IMG/VR virus record: IMGVR_UViG_3300022858_000345
Span: 1 to 64,000 of that record
Strand: one strand, 5' to 3'
DNA length: 64,000 nucleotides
From: a virus
Part shown: in pieces, positions 54,157 to 64,000 of the stretch
Layout: each line of letters begins with the position of its first letter
Numbering within the stretch: position 1 is the stretch's first letter
Program-made: the position numbers and the translations under genes
The notes under the pieces: generated by a model
What the model was told of the DNA's origin: nothing
The model's input: only the letters and a program-made list of their open reading frames with translations
Database searches by the model: none

Positions 54157-56649
54157 ATGACTTTAATAAGTGGAATAAATGTAGGAGCACCAGTAGTACC
54201 ATACGATTCTGCGGATAACCAAGCCTCCCATAAAGCAGTTTATGGAGAAGGGGGTTTAAGAACCGTTGTGGATAATACGGCTAGAAACGCTATTTATGCA
54301 AATAGGGCTGAAGTAGGGATGATGGTTTATGTTTCAGATGATGATAAATATTTTAAATTAAAAAGCGGTTACACGCCTGGAAGTATTGTTGATGCCGATT
54401 GGCAAGAATTAGCTTTGGGTGTTGAAACTTATTGGCAAAGAACATCAACTTTTTTACACCCATTAAATGCTGGAGATAGTGTTGCCATACCAAGTGGTAA
54501 GCTTTATGTTGGAGAAGCTGTAGATGCAGCAGCAGATTTTTCTGGAGCGACTGCTGTATTTAATCATACAGATACAGGATACATTAATCCTATAAATGTG
54601 GGTGCAGTTGGAGCAGCTACCTCTGGCGCTGTGGAAGGGGCTGGGCTATTAGGATTTGGAGCTGCTAGTGGTATTGTTGCGGCAATGGGTGTTTATGGGC
54701 AAGCTGGGGTGAGTGATGGTGCTACCGATACAGGAGAGGCGCATGGGGTTCATGGGGTAGCTATTAGTGGTAGGACTAATGGAAATAATATTGGTGTATA
54801 TGGATTTGCTACAGGTTCTTCTGTAGCAGATGATAATTATTCTTTTTATGGTTCTGGAGGAAGATTATTTAATAATGGTAAAGTATTAATTTCGCATGAA
54901 ACAAGTGTTTCAGGTTTTGTGGGAGTAACTTTTGACTTTACGCATTCAGGACTACACAACCAACCAACCGCCTTTACAGTAAATCTAACCAATCAGACTA
55001 ATGCTAATGCTAGTATGCTTGGTCAGAAGATTAATATTGACCCTCAAGTATCTAATGCTGGTTTAAAGGCTGATACTACTGGTTTATTTATAGAAAATAT
55101 ATCGGCGGCAAATACAGGTGAAAGTGCTCTTAAACTTGGAGGCCCTTGGAAATATGGTATATATTACTATACTGATGAATCTGGAGTGACAGATGTTCTT
55201 GCTCCTCAGTCAATTTATGTATATCAAAAAACATATACTGGTGGAGCTAGTGCTAAAGGTTTAAATATTAATGTAGTAGATGGAAGTGCGGCAGGAGCAG
55301 ATTCTTTAACTGGGTTAAATCTTATACTTACAGCGAAAGAAGTAGGCACTACTATTAGAGGTATAGATTTAAACCAAAATGGAGTGACTCCTGACACAGC
55401 GGCTACTGGTATGAGATTGTTAGGAGATTGGATTTATGGAATACAATTTTCAGGTGATTTTAGTACAAATGTTATTACAATGACTACATCCACACCAACC
55501 TACGCTATTAATATGGGAGCGGGTACTGGTGGTGGTATTCATATATTAAATGCAGTTAATACAAATGCGGTAAACGCTTGGGGTATTCGTGTTAAGAGTT
55601 CTGGTCAAACCAATCTTAGTTCACCTTCCAGCAAGTCAGGTAGTATTTGGGGAGAAAATGACCACGAAGATGGTGTTGGTGGGTACTTCAGTAATACTGG
55701 TATAGCGGGAACAGGAGTCGCATTAATGGCTGTTTCTACTAACAATATATTATTCCAAGCAAGAAATAATAGTAATATAGAAGCAGAAATCGGTAATCTA
55801 GGGCAATTAGGTCTTGGTGGTGCTTCTGTTCTTAATATGGGTATTAAAATGCAAGGAGATGTTACAGTAATTGCCAATTATGCGGCAGGTATTCAGATGT
55901 ATTCTAATTTTGAAGATTTAGCGGATAATGATATTTTCTATGGATTAGACATAGCGGCTAATTTCTCTAATAATTCACATTCAGGAATTGCTTTATATGG
56001 AGCTAGAATAATAGCAGGATTGACTCAGCAAGCTTCTTTATTGATTTCAGATGTAGTAACAGATAGTACAGATAAGTATCCAGTTATCAGTTGTTTACAA
56101 AGAGATTCAACCGACACTAAAGTAGGTTTAATATCAGGAGATTTAGATGCTACAACTAATAAAATGTATATTGGTGCGGGTTGGGGAGATGATGTTTACG
56201 ATTCTGTAACAGATATTTATTTTATGGCGGCGGCGGATATAGGGACAAAAGATGGTTCTGCTGTAAATGTTGGTTATATGGACAATACAGCGATAGTAGC
56301 AAAAAAAGCATTATGTCTAGACCCATTGGCTACAACAATTACTATGTTTGTAGGAACTACTTTATCTTCTGACAATTCTTATGCTAGAGTGGTAGGTAGT
56401 GGGGGTGCTATTACTTTGACAAGTACTCCTAATATTTCGGCTGGTAAATACGATGGGCATATACTTGTAGTGCAAGGGACAGACGACTCTAATACAGTTA
56501 CTTTCAGAGATGATAATAATTTAGTAGGGTCTACTCTAAGATTAGATGGAGGTGCGGATGCTACGTTAGGAGATGGAGATACACTTATTTTAATTTGGCA
56601 TTCTTTTTCAGGAGGAAGTTGGTATGAACTATCAAGATCAAATAATTAA
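54157..56649 (+). CDS. fibre / beta-helix-like protein (paralog of 51139)
   Basis: shared N-terminus; GVYG/GVHG glycine-rich repeats. Confidence 0.65.
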   Translation: MTLISGINVGAPVVPYDSADNQASHKAVYGEGGLRTVVDNTARNAIYANRAEVGMMVYVSDDDKYFKLKSGYTPGSIVDADWQELALGVETYWQRTSTFLHPLNAGDSVAIPSGKLYVGEAVDAAADFSGATAVFNHTDTGYINPINVGAVGAATSGAVEGAGLLGFGAASGIVAAMGVYGQAGVSDGATDTGEAHGVHGVAISGRTNGNNIGVYGFATGSSVADDNYSFYGSGGRLFNNGKVLISHETSVSGFVGVTFDFTHSGLHNQPTAFTVNLTNQTNANASMLGQKINIDPQVSNAGLKADTTGLFIENISAANTGESALKLGGPWKYGIYYYTDESGVTDVLAPQSIYVYQKTYTGGASAKGLNINVVDGSAAGADSLTGLNLILTAKEVGTTIRGIDLNQNGVTPDTAATGMRLLGDWIYGIQFSGDFSTNVITMTTSTPTYAINMGAGTGGGIHILNAVNTNAVNAWGIRVKSSGQTNLSSPSSKSGSIWGENDHEDGVGGYFSNTGIAGTGVALMAVSTNNILFQARNNSNIEAEIGNLGQLGLGGASVLNMGIKMQGDVTVIANYAAGIQMYSNFEDLADNDIFYGLDIAANFSNNSHSGIALYGARIIAGLTQQASLLISDVVTDSTDKYPVISCLQRDSTDTKVGLISGDLDATTNKMYIGAGWGDDVYDSVTDIYFMAAADIGTKDGSAVNVGYMDNTAIVAKKALCLDPLATTITMFVGTTLSSDNSYARVVGSGGAITLTSTPNISAGKYDGHILVVQGTDDSNTVTFRDDNNLVGSTLRLDGGADATLGDGDTLILIWHSFSGGSWYELSRSNN

Positions 56650-56659
56650 TTTATAAACT

Positions 56660-56935
56660 ATGGAAATATTTATCAAAGATTGGCTTATACCTTTAGCTAC
56701 TTTAGGAGGAATCCTTACAGCTATTATTCTGTTTGTTACTAAGAAAGATTCCAATCAAGATATAGATATTTCTACGTTAAACGTAACTGTAAAGAATATG
56801 TCAGGGAATGTGGAAAAAATAATGACTAATCATTTACCACATATTCAAGCAAAATTAGAAGATGTATGTGAGAAAGTAATTAGGACTGAAGTTAAATTAG
56901 ATGAACACGTAAAAAATCATTCTAAAAAAAGATAA
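56660..56935 (+). CDS. holin-like membrane protein
   Basis: single N-terminal TM segment followed by a coiled coil (NHLPHIQ). Confidence 0.45.
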   Translation: MEIFIKDWLIPLATLGGILTAIILFVTKKDSNQDIDISTLNVTVKNMSGNVEKIMTNHLPHIQAKLEDVCEKVIRTEVKLDEHVKNHSKKR

Positions 56936-56997
56936 AAAACTTGTAAAAGTTAAATAATAGAGTATGCTGAAGGTATTATTTATTAACTAGAATTAAT

Positions 56998-57354
56998 ATG
57001 TATCTAGTAAAAAACATTACTGATCCCTTAAAAGCTTTTAATGGAGAAAGTATCAAAGACATGAAAGGCAACGAATTACACATTAAAGAAGTTCTTACTA
57101 ACCAATTAGGTTCTTATTCAGGAAAAGGGGTTACAGGGGATAAGCTTATAAAAGCGTATGATTTGGGATTAAAAATTTATGGTTCTAAAACAGAAGTAGA
57201 GTTAGATGATGAGCAAATTAAATTTATTAAATCTGTATTAGAAGCTAATCCTATGTATACTTCTATTGTAGTAGGACAAGTTTTAACTATCTTAGAAAAT
57301 TCAAAAAAATCTGAAAAAAAAGATGATAAAGAAGAAGTACCTGCTAATAAATAG
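56998..57354 (+). CDS. hypothetical protein
   Basis: ORF with promoter TTGTAA-N16-TATGCT at 56941-56968. Confidence 0.55.
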   Translation: MYLVKNITDPLKAFNGESIKDMKGNELHIKEVLTNQLGSYSGKGVTGDKLIKAYDLGLKIYGSKTEVELDDEQIKFIKSVLEANPMYTSIVVGQVLTILENSKKSEKKDDKEEVPANK

Positions 57355-57374
57355 TTTTCTAAAAATTTAGGTTT

Positions 57375-58046
57375 ATGGCAACAATATTAACTTTAGCTGA
57401 ATATAAAATAGCAAAAGATATTACAGTAGCGACTTATGACGCTCAATTGACTCTTATTATTGATATGATAAATGAGTTTATTATTTCATATTGTAATAGA
57501 GAATTTGGAGTAGATACATATACGGAACAGAAAGAAGGAGTAATGAATAACTTAAGCCAATATGTATTTCAAGTAGATCAGCCCCCAATAACGAGTGTTA
57601 CTAGTGTTGAGATTACTTTTAAAGGAGTTCCTAGCACACCTCTTTCAGTAGATATAACAAGATTAGATTTATTTTCTAAAGCAGGTTACGCATATTATTC
57701 ATATGTTTTAAATCCAAGCGTGTCAGTTATTAGACCTGAATATAGATATGATTTTTATTATACTATTGTTTATATAGGAGGGACTGCTGTACCTGGGCCA
57801 GTAAAATTGGCGGCTATTATGATGGTTTCAGATACTTTTGAATATTTCACTAGAACGGATAGCATTAAGACAGGGACTAAGACTGACGATTTGAAATCAA
57901 TTAAGATAGGGGATTATCAAGAAACTTATAAAGAAGGGCATAATACATTATTTGCTAGTATGCACAATACCGAAACAGGAGTAGTAGTTTCACAAACAGT
58001 AAGAGATTTATTAGCTCCTTATTTGAATGAGGGGCAAAGTTGGTAA
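57375..58046 (+). CDS. head-tail adaptor (HK97 gp6 / SPP1 gp15-like)
   Basis: LTLAEYK, FI..YCNREF, VP..VKLA, S.KIGDY, LLAPY. Confidence 0.75.
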   Translation: MATILTLAEYKIAKDITVATYDAQLTLIIDMINEFIISYCNREFGVDTYTEQKEGVMNNLSQYVFQVDQPPITSVTSVEITFKGVPSTPLSVDITRLDLFSKAGYAYYSYVLNPSVSVIRPEYRYDFYYTIVYIGGTAVPGPVKLAAIMMVSDTFEYFTRTDSIKTGTKTDDLKSIKIGDYQETYKEGHNTLFASMHNTETGVVVSQTVRDLLAPYLNEGQSW

Positions 58047-58063
58047 AATAACCTAATAATATT

Positions 58064-58441
58064 ATGTCTTTAACTGAAATTATAGCAAAATATCTTAATA
58101 CTAAAGTAACTGTAAGAAGGCGTTCTTTAGTGTCAGATGATATTGGAGGATTAACTGAGACTTGGAATAATATTACAACTGATTTAGCAGCTACAATTCA
58201 AGCAATGACTACAAGAGAAATAAATGATTTATCTCAGGGTAAAGAATTTTTTGCTACTTTTAAAATGTATTGCCCAAATAATGTAATAGTAATAAAGAAT
58301 GGAGATAGAATTTACGATGAAGAGACTACAAAAGAATTTGAGGTTGTGGGAGTTGAAGATAGAAAAGCGTCAAGATCAGATGTCACTACAGGACATCACT
58401 ATAAATTATATTTAAATATTCCTAAAGAAGATAAAACTTAA
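58064..58441 (+). CDS. head closure / stopper (SPP1 gp16-like)
   Basis: D.IGG..ETW, GDRI, FEV.GV. Confidence 0.7.
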   Translation: MSLTEIIAKYLNTKVTVRRRSLVSDDIGGLTETWNNITTDLAATIQAMTTREINDLSQGKEFFATFKMYCPNNVIVIKNGDRIYDEETTKEFEVVGVEDRKASRSDVTTGHHYKLYLNIPKEDKT

Positions 58442-58443
58442 TT

Positions 58444-58830
58444 ATGCCAAGACAAGCTTTAAGTATCAGAATTGTTGGATTAGAACCAATAATCAAAGGA
58501 TTATCTGTTTTAGGAAAAATTAAAATACCAGCAGCAATAGCTAAAGGTTTAGATCTTAGTAGTAGGTATGTACTTACGAATTTAATACAAAATACACCTG
58601 TAGATACAGGGAATTTAGCTCTTAGTGAAACAATCTTTCCAGAGAGCGATCAAAAAGTTTTAGTAGGGCCTGATTTAAGTGTTGCCCATTATGCCCCTTT
58701 TGTTGAAAGAGGCCACCACACAACTGGTGGAAGTTTTGTTCCTGGTCAATTTTTTATTGAAAAAACAGCGATTGAAACTAGATCAGGAGTTATTGAGATA
58801 TTTAATCAATTAATTAAAAACGTAGTATGA
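58444..58830 (+). CDS. HK97 gp10-like tail completion protein
   Basis: TPVDTGNL..S, YAPFVE.GH, VPGQFF. Confidence 0.8.
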   Translation: MPRQALSIRIVGLEPIIKGLSVLGKIKIPAAIAKGLDLSSRYVLTNLIQNTPVDTGNLALSETIFPESDQKVLVGPDLSVAHYAPFVERGHHTTGGSFVPGQFFIEKTAIETRSGVIEIFNQLIKNVV

Positions 58831-59252
58831 GTAGAGATACAGATGAATTAAATAAGATAGTTTATGACGCATTAAAAAATAATGCGGCCTTACTAATTGC
58901 TTTAGGAGGTGATGCGACAAAAATAAAACATGCAGGACCAATGAATCTTTCAGAGTATCCTTGTGTTACTTATAAAATTTTAGGAGAAGAAGACAATGCT
59001 TACAATTCCGATCAGAAATCTGATATTACTAATACTTATATAATAGTACAATCTTTTTCGACAGACGCTTCACCTAAAGAAGTTTATAACATAAATGATG
59101 CTGTTTTTGGTGCCTTAGATGGAAAAAGCTTGTCTAATGCAAGTCTATTAGTATATACTGCATATAGGCAGTTATCTACTCCAGTTTACGAGCCTAGTGT
59201 AAAAGTGTGGAGGGTGGACGCTACTTTTAGATTAGTAAATGCCGCTTTATGA
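58827..59252 (+). CDS. tail terminator-like protein
   Basis: position; YPCVTY motif. Confidence 0.6.
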   Translation: MSRDTDELNKIVYDALKNNAALLIALGGDATKIKHAGPMNLSEYPCVTYKILGEEDNAYNSDQKSDITNTYIIVQSFSTDASPKEVYNINDAVFGALDGKSLSNASLLVYTAYRQLSTPVYEPSVKVWRVDATFRLVNAAL

Positions 59253-59692
59253 ATTACTCAAATAACAAAGATAATAGAGATAGAAAATTTCCGTTTTCTA
59301 AGTTTATTTTAGGGAGATTTCATAAGTGGACTGGCATAAAAGATGACAATGTAGAAGAAGCTTTAATAGAATTAACAGGGGATACTTATCACGAAATGCG
59401 GCGTTTAGTATCACAAGTTTTAGATAAAATAGAGAAGATGGTTGAAGACGATGTATACCCAGGATATTTAAATGGGAAACCTTTGACTACAGATCAAAGA
59501 AAGTGTATAAGAGAGATAGGTAATGAAGATTTAAAAGCGTATCTCAGGGTTACTATCACTGACGCATGGAATGATATATTGGATAAACAGAAATATGGAA
59601 TTGATAAATTGGGTTTAGCTTTAAAACCATATTTAAAACCTAACGAAGAAGATAATGATGTTGGAACTGAACAGTCTGGCAGTAAATCCTAG
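59249..59692 (+). CDS. hypothetical protein
   Basis: ORF. Confidence 0.55.
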   Translation: MNYSNNKDNRDRKFPFSKFILGRFHKWTGIKDDNVEEALIELTGDTYHEMRRLVSQVLDKIEKMVEDDVYPGYLNGKPLTTDQRKCIREIGNEDLKAYLRVTITDAWNDILDKQKYGIDKLGLALKPYLKPNEEDNDVGTEQSGSKS

Positions 59693-59861
59693 AAAGATAT
59701 TTATATACGGAGAGTATATATTCAGGTACGGAGAAGACCTGAAACCAGTACCCTTAGAGGTACCAAGTTATGTAGCAGACATTTTACTTCAAATGACAGG
59801 GAGGGTCAGTAGTTGTTGCGGACCGAAAGTACCCCCACCACTCTTTAGAGTAGTGAAGTAA
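59655..59861 (+). CDS. small hypothetical protein
   Basis: ORF. Confidence 0.45.
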   Translation: MMLELNSLAVNPRKIFIYGEYIFRYGEDLKPVPLEVPSYVADILLQMTGRVSSCCGPKVPPPLFRVVK

Positions 59862-59902
59862 TGAGGCGGAAGCGTATGAAATAATTTTTAACACACTAAT
59901 TT

Positions 59903-60469
59903 ATGGCTATTGACATTACAAATATCAATACCAAAGGAGCAGTTGTGACAATCGGTGGTGTAATACCTCTAGCAACTAATCCAGACGGGGACGGATACTA
60001 TTGGGGTACAGTTTCAGGAACAGATGTAGGATGTACCGCAGGCGGAGTGACAGTTAGTTATAGTTTTGAAAAGAATGACATTTTCTGTGACCAAACACTT
60101 GCTGCCGTTACTAGTTCGATCATTTCGGAAACAGTTGAAGTGGCTTTTAATATGCTGGAAACAGATGCGGCTAATTTAGCGTTAGCTATTCAACAATGTG
60201 TTACGGCTACAACTCCTGGTACTGAGGCTAAAATAGGAGTAGGTGGAATTACTACTATTACGTATGTTCCATTGAAACTTGAAATACCTGATAATGACAC
60301 AGGAAATTTGACTACTTGGACTTTCTTCAAAGTACTATCTAGTGGAATGGAAATTAACTTTGAAAGAGACAATCCTTCTCAAATTACTGTAACCTTTACT
60401 GCTTATGCTGATACATCTCACGCAGTAGGACATCAGTTATTCTCAATCCACGAGGACTTAACACCTTAA
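59903..60469 (+). CDS. major tail tube protein
   Basis: VG.T.GGV.V, final V.FTAY strand; lies upstream of the chaperones and tape measure. Confidence 0.75.
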   Translation: MAIDITNINTKGAVVTIGGVIPLATNPDGDGYYWGTVSGTDVGCTAGGVTVSYSFEKNDIFCDQTLAAVTSSIISETVEVAFNMLETDAANLALAIQQCVTATTPGTEAKIGVGGITTITYVPLKLEIPDNDTGNLTTWTFFKVLSSGMEINFERDNPSQITVTFTAYADTSHAVGHQLFSIHEDLTP

Positions 60470-60504
60470 TCTAGGTCTATAAATAACCTGTAATATTTAA
60501 TGTT

Positions 60505-61044
60505 ATGAGTGATACAAAAAAAGAAACGGAACAATTAGAAACTAAAACTGGGATAACTGAGGTTGTAAAACCAGTAGTAGCTAAGGAAGAAGATTCTAAT
60601 GTTCCGTTTCTAACAGAGAAAGAAGTTAAATTTCCCTCTTCAGGAGAGACTAGGCTTATTAAAAAGCTGAAAGCAGGAAAGCATTATGAGGCTCAACAAA
60701 TTTATGCAAATTGGATTAATTCATTGCAGAAGATTTTGTTAAAAGCTCGTGTTGATCTTGATACAGGCTTTGATAAAGAAGGTAAAGCTGATATGAAGAA
60801 GCTAACTGATTTAATTGAAAAGAATAAAGAATTAAATGCAGATGCTTTATTGGAAAAAGCTCAAGAAGCGGCAAAAATGCGTATAGCTTTATTATCAGTG
60901 TGCTTAGGAGAAACTGAGAAGGAAATTGAAGAAAATTATTATGCAGAAGATTTAGAAGTTTTATTAGATGCTTCTATAGAGCTAAATAATTTTCTTGGAA
61001 CGCTAAAAAAATCCGTAGCCCCTATTACTGGCGGAGGGGCTTAG
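60505..61044 (+). CDS. tail assembly chaperone (G)
   Basis: between tail tube and tape measure; ends near a slippery site. Confidence 0.75.
   Translation: MSDTKKETEQLETKTGITEVVKPVVAKEEDSNVPFLTEKEVKFPSSGETRLIKKLKAGKHYEAQQIYANWINSLQKILLKARVDLDTGFDKEGKADMKKLTDLIEKNKELNADALLEKAQEAAKMRIALLSVCLGETEKEIEENYYAEDLEVLLDASIELNNFLGTLKKSVAPITGGGA
61005..61041 (+). promoter_or_regulatory. programmed -1 frameshift signal
   Basis: A AAA AAA heptamer, then AGCCCCT/AGGGGCT hairpin; -1 frame is open into 61107..61493. Confidence 0.75.
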
Positions 61045-61493
61045 ATCAAGAAGTAGGAATAATTACTAGTATTCCTAACCCTATTACTGATTTATTTAAG
61101 ATAATAGTGGATACTCTAGCCAGTAGATATGGTTGGTCATTTTCAGAAATATCTGAAAACATGTATTGGGAAGATGTATATGAGATGTATGAGTTATCAG
61201 CGAATACCCAAGTATTAGAGCGAAACGAGAAAATGAAATTTGACTATATGATACATGCCACATCTAAAAAAGCGTTAGACGGTTGGAAGGACTTATCAAT
61301 ACCTTTTCCAAATAGGAGTTGGGTTCCGCCAAAAGAAAATAAGATTGATGATTTACCTCAGTCGTTTAGAAGATTTAAAAATGCTAGTAAAGCATCCCCA
61401 GAGCAAGTGAAACGGGCCAAATATGTTAAGAAGCGAGTAGAAGAAAATTATAAAAGAATGATGGCTATACAGCATGGCACCTTAACAGAATAA
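61011..61493 (+). CDS. tail assembly chaperone extension (T part of the G-T fusion)
   Basis: LASRYGWS..EI motif; reachable by -1 shift. Confidence 0.7.
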   Translation: MRSPYYWRRGLDQEVGIITSIPNPITDLFKIIVDTLASRYGWSFSEISENMYWEDVYEMYELSANTQVLERNEKMKFDYMIHATSKKALDGWKDLSIPFPNRSWVPPKENKIDDLPQSFRRFKNASKASPEQVKRAKYVKKRVEENYKRMMAIQHGTLTE

Positions 61494-61503
61494 CTAAACT
61501 CAA

Positions 61504-64000
61504 ATGGCAGTTTCCGCAGAGACATCAATTATTATAGAAGCGATTAATAGAGCTTCAACAGAAATAAGACAAGTTCAAACGGACTTAATTGGTTTAGGGA
61601 AAACTGTAGGAGCTACTAATACAGGGATGGCGGCTTTCAGTTCTAAGTTAAAAAACATAGGAGGACAATTAAGAGGAATAGGTTTAGGTTTAACAGCTTC
61701 TTTGACGTTACCTTTGGTTTTATTAGGGAGAGCAGCATTAAAAACTTCTGAGGAATTTGAACAAAGTATTACGAATGCTTTCTCAGTAATGCAAGGGGCT
61801 TCTGAAAGTGCTAGAGAGGAGCTAACGCTATTCGCAAGACAATTAGGTAAAGATACTGCTTTTACAGCTAGTGAGGCGGCAGACGGTATATATAAACTAG
61901 CTTCAGCAGGTTTAGACACAAAACAAATAATAAAGACTCTTAATCCAGTATTAGCTTTAGCGGCAGCTACTCAATCAGAATTAGCAGATGTAGCAGAACA
62001 AGCTACTGTTGCTATGAAAGTATTTGGTTTAGAAGCTACTGAGGCTGAAAGGATTATGGATACTTTTGCGGCTGGTATTGCTAACACAAATTTAAATTTT
62101 AGTCGTATCCAAGAGGCTATGAAATTTGCTGCTCCTTCAATGGCGGCATTTGGGAAGACAGTAGAAGAAACAACTGCGGCATTAGGGCTATTTGCCAATG
62201 CAGGTATATTTGGAACTAGGGCGGGTACTGGGTTAAGAAGAATTTTATCAAGACTAGCCGATCCAACAGCAGAAATGGTTAAAGTATTTGGTGAATTAGG
62301 AATAGCAATGGATGAGGTTAATCCAGCTACTAAGGATTTAGGAGAAATATTTGATGTACTTCAAGAAAGCGGTATCAATGCTACACAAACATTTCGAGCG
62401 TTTGGACAAATTGCGGCTACTCCTGTGGTAGCTGTGTTAAAATCTGCGGCAGGACAAGGGCAAGCTGTAAGTGAAGTATTAGACGAGCTTGAAGGAAAAA
62501 TGGGTAAGACAGGATTAGCGGCTAAAATAGCGGCAGAACAGATGGATACAGTTTCAGGAGAAATGAGAAAATTAAAATCATCCTTAGATGAGGTATTTCT
62601 TTCTTTTAAAGAAGATGTATTTGGAGACTCAATTAAAGAATTTATAAAAGATGTTAGAATATTTGTTAATGGCTTAGGGGAAATACCCGCAGCCACTAAA
62701 AGAACTATTGTAGAACTTGGTGGATTATTAGCAATAATAGGGCCATTAACTTTATTAATAGGGGGATTAACGGCGGCTATAGGTACTTTACTAACAACCG
62801 CAGGAGCTTTAGTAGGAGCGGTAGTCGCTATTTCAGCGGCTTTAATATTTTTCAGGGATAGTGCAATAGCACCACTTATAGCAGTATTAGCTACTTTTGG
62901 AGCTAGTTTATTAATAATAAATAAATTAGTAGGGTTTTATAAAGTGATACAAAAATCTGTAGTAGCTATGGCAGTTTATCAAAAAGCTATACAGGCGGGA
63001 ACGGTAGCAAATTTAGCTTTTGGTAAAAGTTTATTAGCTTTAGCAGTAAATCCTATTGTTTTAGCGGCGGCAGTTATTACTAGTTTAGTAGCTCTGTTTA
63101 TTAGAGCTAAAAATAAAGCTACTGAATTAGCAGTAGCCAACGAAAACTTAACAGAGTCTTTTAAACTTTTAAGTTCTGCTGGAGTTAAAGCACAGCAAGT
63201 CGTTACTCCTTTACAGGATGCTATAGATAAGACTAGAGAAGCTAGTGATGAGGTTAGAAGACTAGAAACACAACTTCAAAAGACTGATTTAGCTTTGGAT
63301 ATTAAAACTCAGTCTTTTGATGATTTAAGAAAACAAATTTTAGATTTTTTAATAGCTACAGGTAGTACTAATGTAGAGATTCAAACTATAACGGGAAATA
63401 TGAGGTTATTTGGAAAAGCTGTAAATAAGTCTACAGACGATATTAATAAATTTGGTAGTAATGTTGAGTTAACTACCGAAGATTTAGCTGCTTTAGAAAA
63501 AGTATCTAAAGCTACAGCAATAACTATATCTCAGAATCTTAGTAAGGCTTTTGATTTTAATGTAAGTACTTTATTAAAATCAGGGGATACTTTAAAAGAA
63601 GCTCTGAATAAAACATTAGACGGGGCTAGAAAAGAGCTAGGCAAATTTCCTCAAGATGTTGAGTTAATGTTTGATGCTTTAAATACTCAATTTTTGGCTA
63701 GAATAGCTAACCAAGAAGGCATTGGGGCAGCCTATTCTTTTGCTTTTGGTAGAGGTATGACTTCTCAAGATGCTAAACAAAGTTTAGAGTCTGCTGGAGC
63801 TACTATATCAGATACTACTATAGGAGCTATTTTAGCTAAAAGTAAGGACATTGAAGAGGCGGGAGAAATTGATGGTCTTTTATTTGCTTTAGCATTTGAA
63901 GATGCAGGAGAAAGAGCTGCTATTAGAAGTGCTCCTAACGTATTAGCGGCTACCATAGATGCTTTAGATGCTAAAAGACAAGGTTTAGTGCAAGAAGGTA
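61504..64000 (+). CDS. tape measure protein (TP901-like), truncated by the window end
   Basis: MAVSAETSIIIEAINRAS...; FTASEAADGIYKLASAG, AGTGLR motifs; appears open to the window edge. Confidence 0.88.
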   Translation, partial: MAVSAETSIIIEAINRASTEIRQVQTDLIGLGKTVGATNTGMAAFSSKLKNIGGQLRGIGLGLTASLTLPLVLLGRAALKTSEEFEQSITNAFSVMQGASESAREELTLFARQLGKDTAFTASEAADGIYKLASAGLDTKQIIKTLNPVLALAAATQSELADVAEQATVAMKVFGLEATEAERIMDTFAAGIANTNLNFSRIQEAMKFAAPSMAAFGKTVEETTAALGLFANAGIFGTRAGTGLRRILSRLADPTAEMVKVFGELGIAMDEVNPATKDLGEIFDVLQESGINATQTFRAFGQIAATPVVAVLKSAAGQGQAVSEVLDELEGKMGKTGLAAKIAAEQMDTVSGEMRKLKSSLDEVFLSFKEDVFGDSIKEFIKDVRIFVNGLGEIPAATKRTIVELGGLLAIIGPLTLLIGGLTAAIGTLLTTAGALVGAVVAISAALIFFRDSAIAPLIAVLATFGASLLIINKLVGFYKVIQKSVVAMAVYQKAIQAGTVANLAFGKSLLALAVNPIVLAAAVITSLVALFIRAKNKATELAVANENLTESFKLLSSAGVKAQQVVTPLQDAIDKTREASDEVRRLETQLQKTDLALDIKTQSFDDLRKQILDFLIATGSTNVEIQTITGNMRLFGKAVNKSTDDINKFGSNVELTTEDLAALEKVSKATAITISQNLSKAFDFNVSTLLKSGDTLKEALNKTLDGARKELGKFPQDVELMFDALNTQFLARIANQEGIGAAYSFAFGRGMTSQDAKQSLESAGATISDTTIGAILAKSKDIEEAGEIDGLLFALAFEDAGERAAIRSAPNVLAATIDALDAKRQGLVQEG

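Noticed and set aside
49554-56649. Diversity-generating retroelement acting on the fibre genes
   Set aside because: No reverse transcriptase seen; the repeats are N-terminal paralogy, not adenine-specific TR/VR pairs
61575-63956. Several minus-strand ORFs
   Set aside because: Shadows of the Ala-rich tape measure gene, which the ORF track omits because it runs off the window
1-64000. Alternative genetic code (stop-codon reassignment)
   Set aside because: Genes are full length under code 11, and TAA, TAG and TGA all end genes at sensible positions

Overview
A 64-kb, AT-rich segment of a tailed dsDNA phage (long-tailed, siphovirus-like), with almost every gene on the + strand. Gene order: nucleotide metabolism and replication (kinase, initiator, DnaC-like loader, primase-helicase, RuvC, SF2 helicase, family A polymerase); a partial 7-deazaguanine (que) cluster; a patch of structured tRNA-like RNAs; then terminase, portal, head, fibre-like, neck and tail genes, ending in a tape measure gene cut by the window edge. 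The mobile-element load is heavy: a complete IS1595-family element carrying a fused restriction-modification gene, several free-standing HNH endonucleases, and four inteins. Main finding: three inteins (helicase, polymerase, MuF) have no endonuclease in their own frame. Each instead encodes a full DUF559/Vsr-like endonuclease ORF in another frame (+1, +1, antisense) while the intein frame stays open. Two of these nested genes have clear sigma70-type promoters inside the intein DNA and one has a weaker candidate. The fourth (terminase) intein has an in-frame HNH plus an internal promoter and start. Also notable: an HNH cassette that appears to have supplied a replacement 3' end to the polymerase, and a tRNA-like RNA with a T-loop insertion. 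All calls come from reading motifs by eye; no database searches were run.
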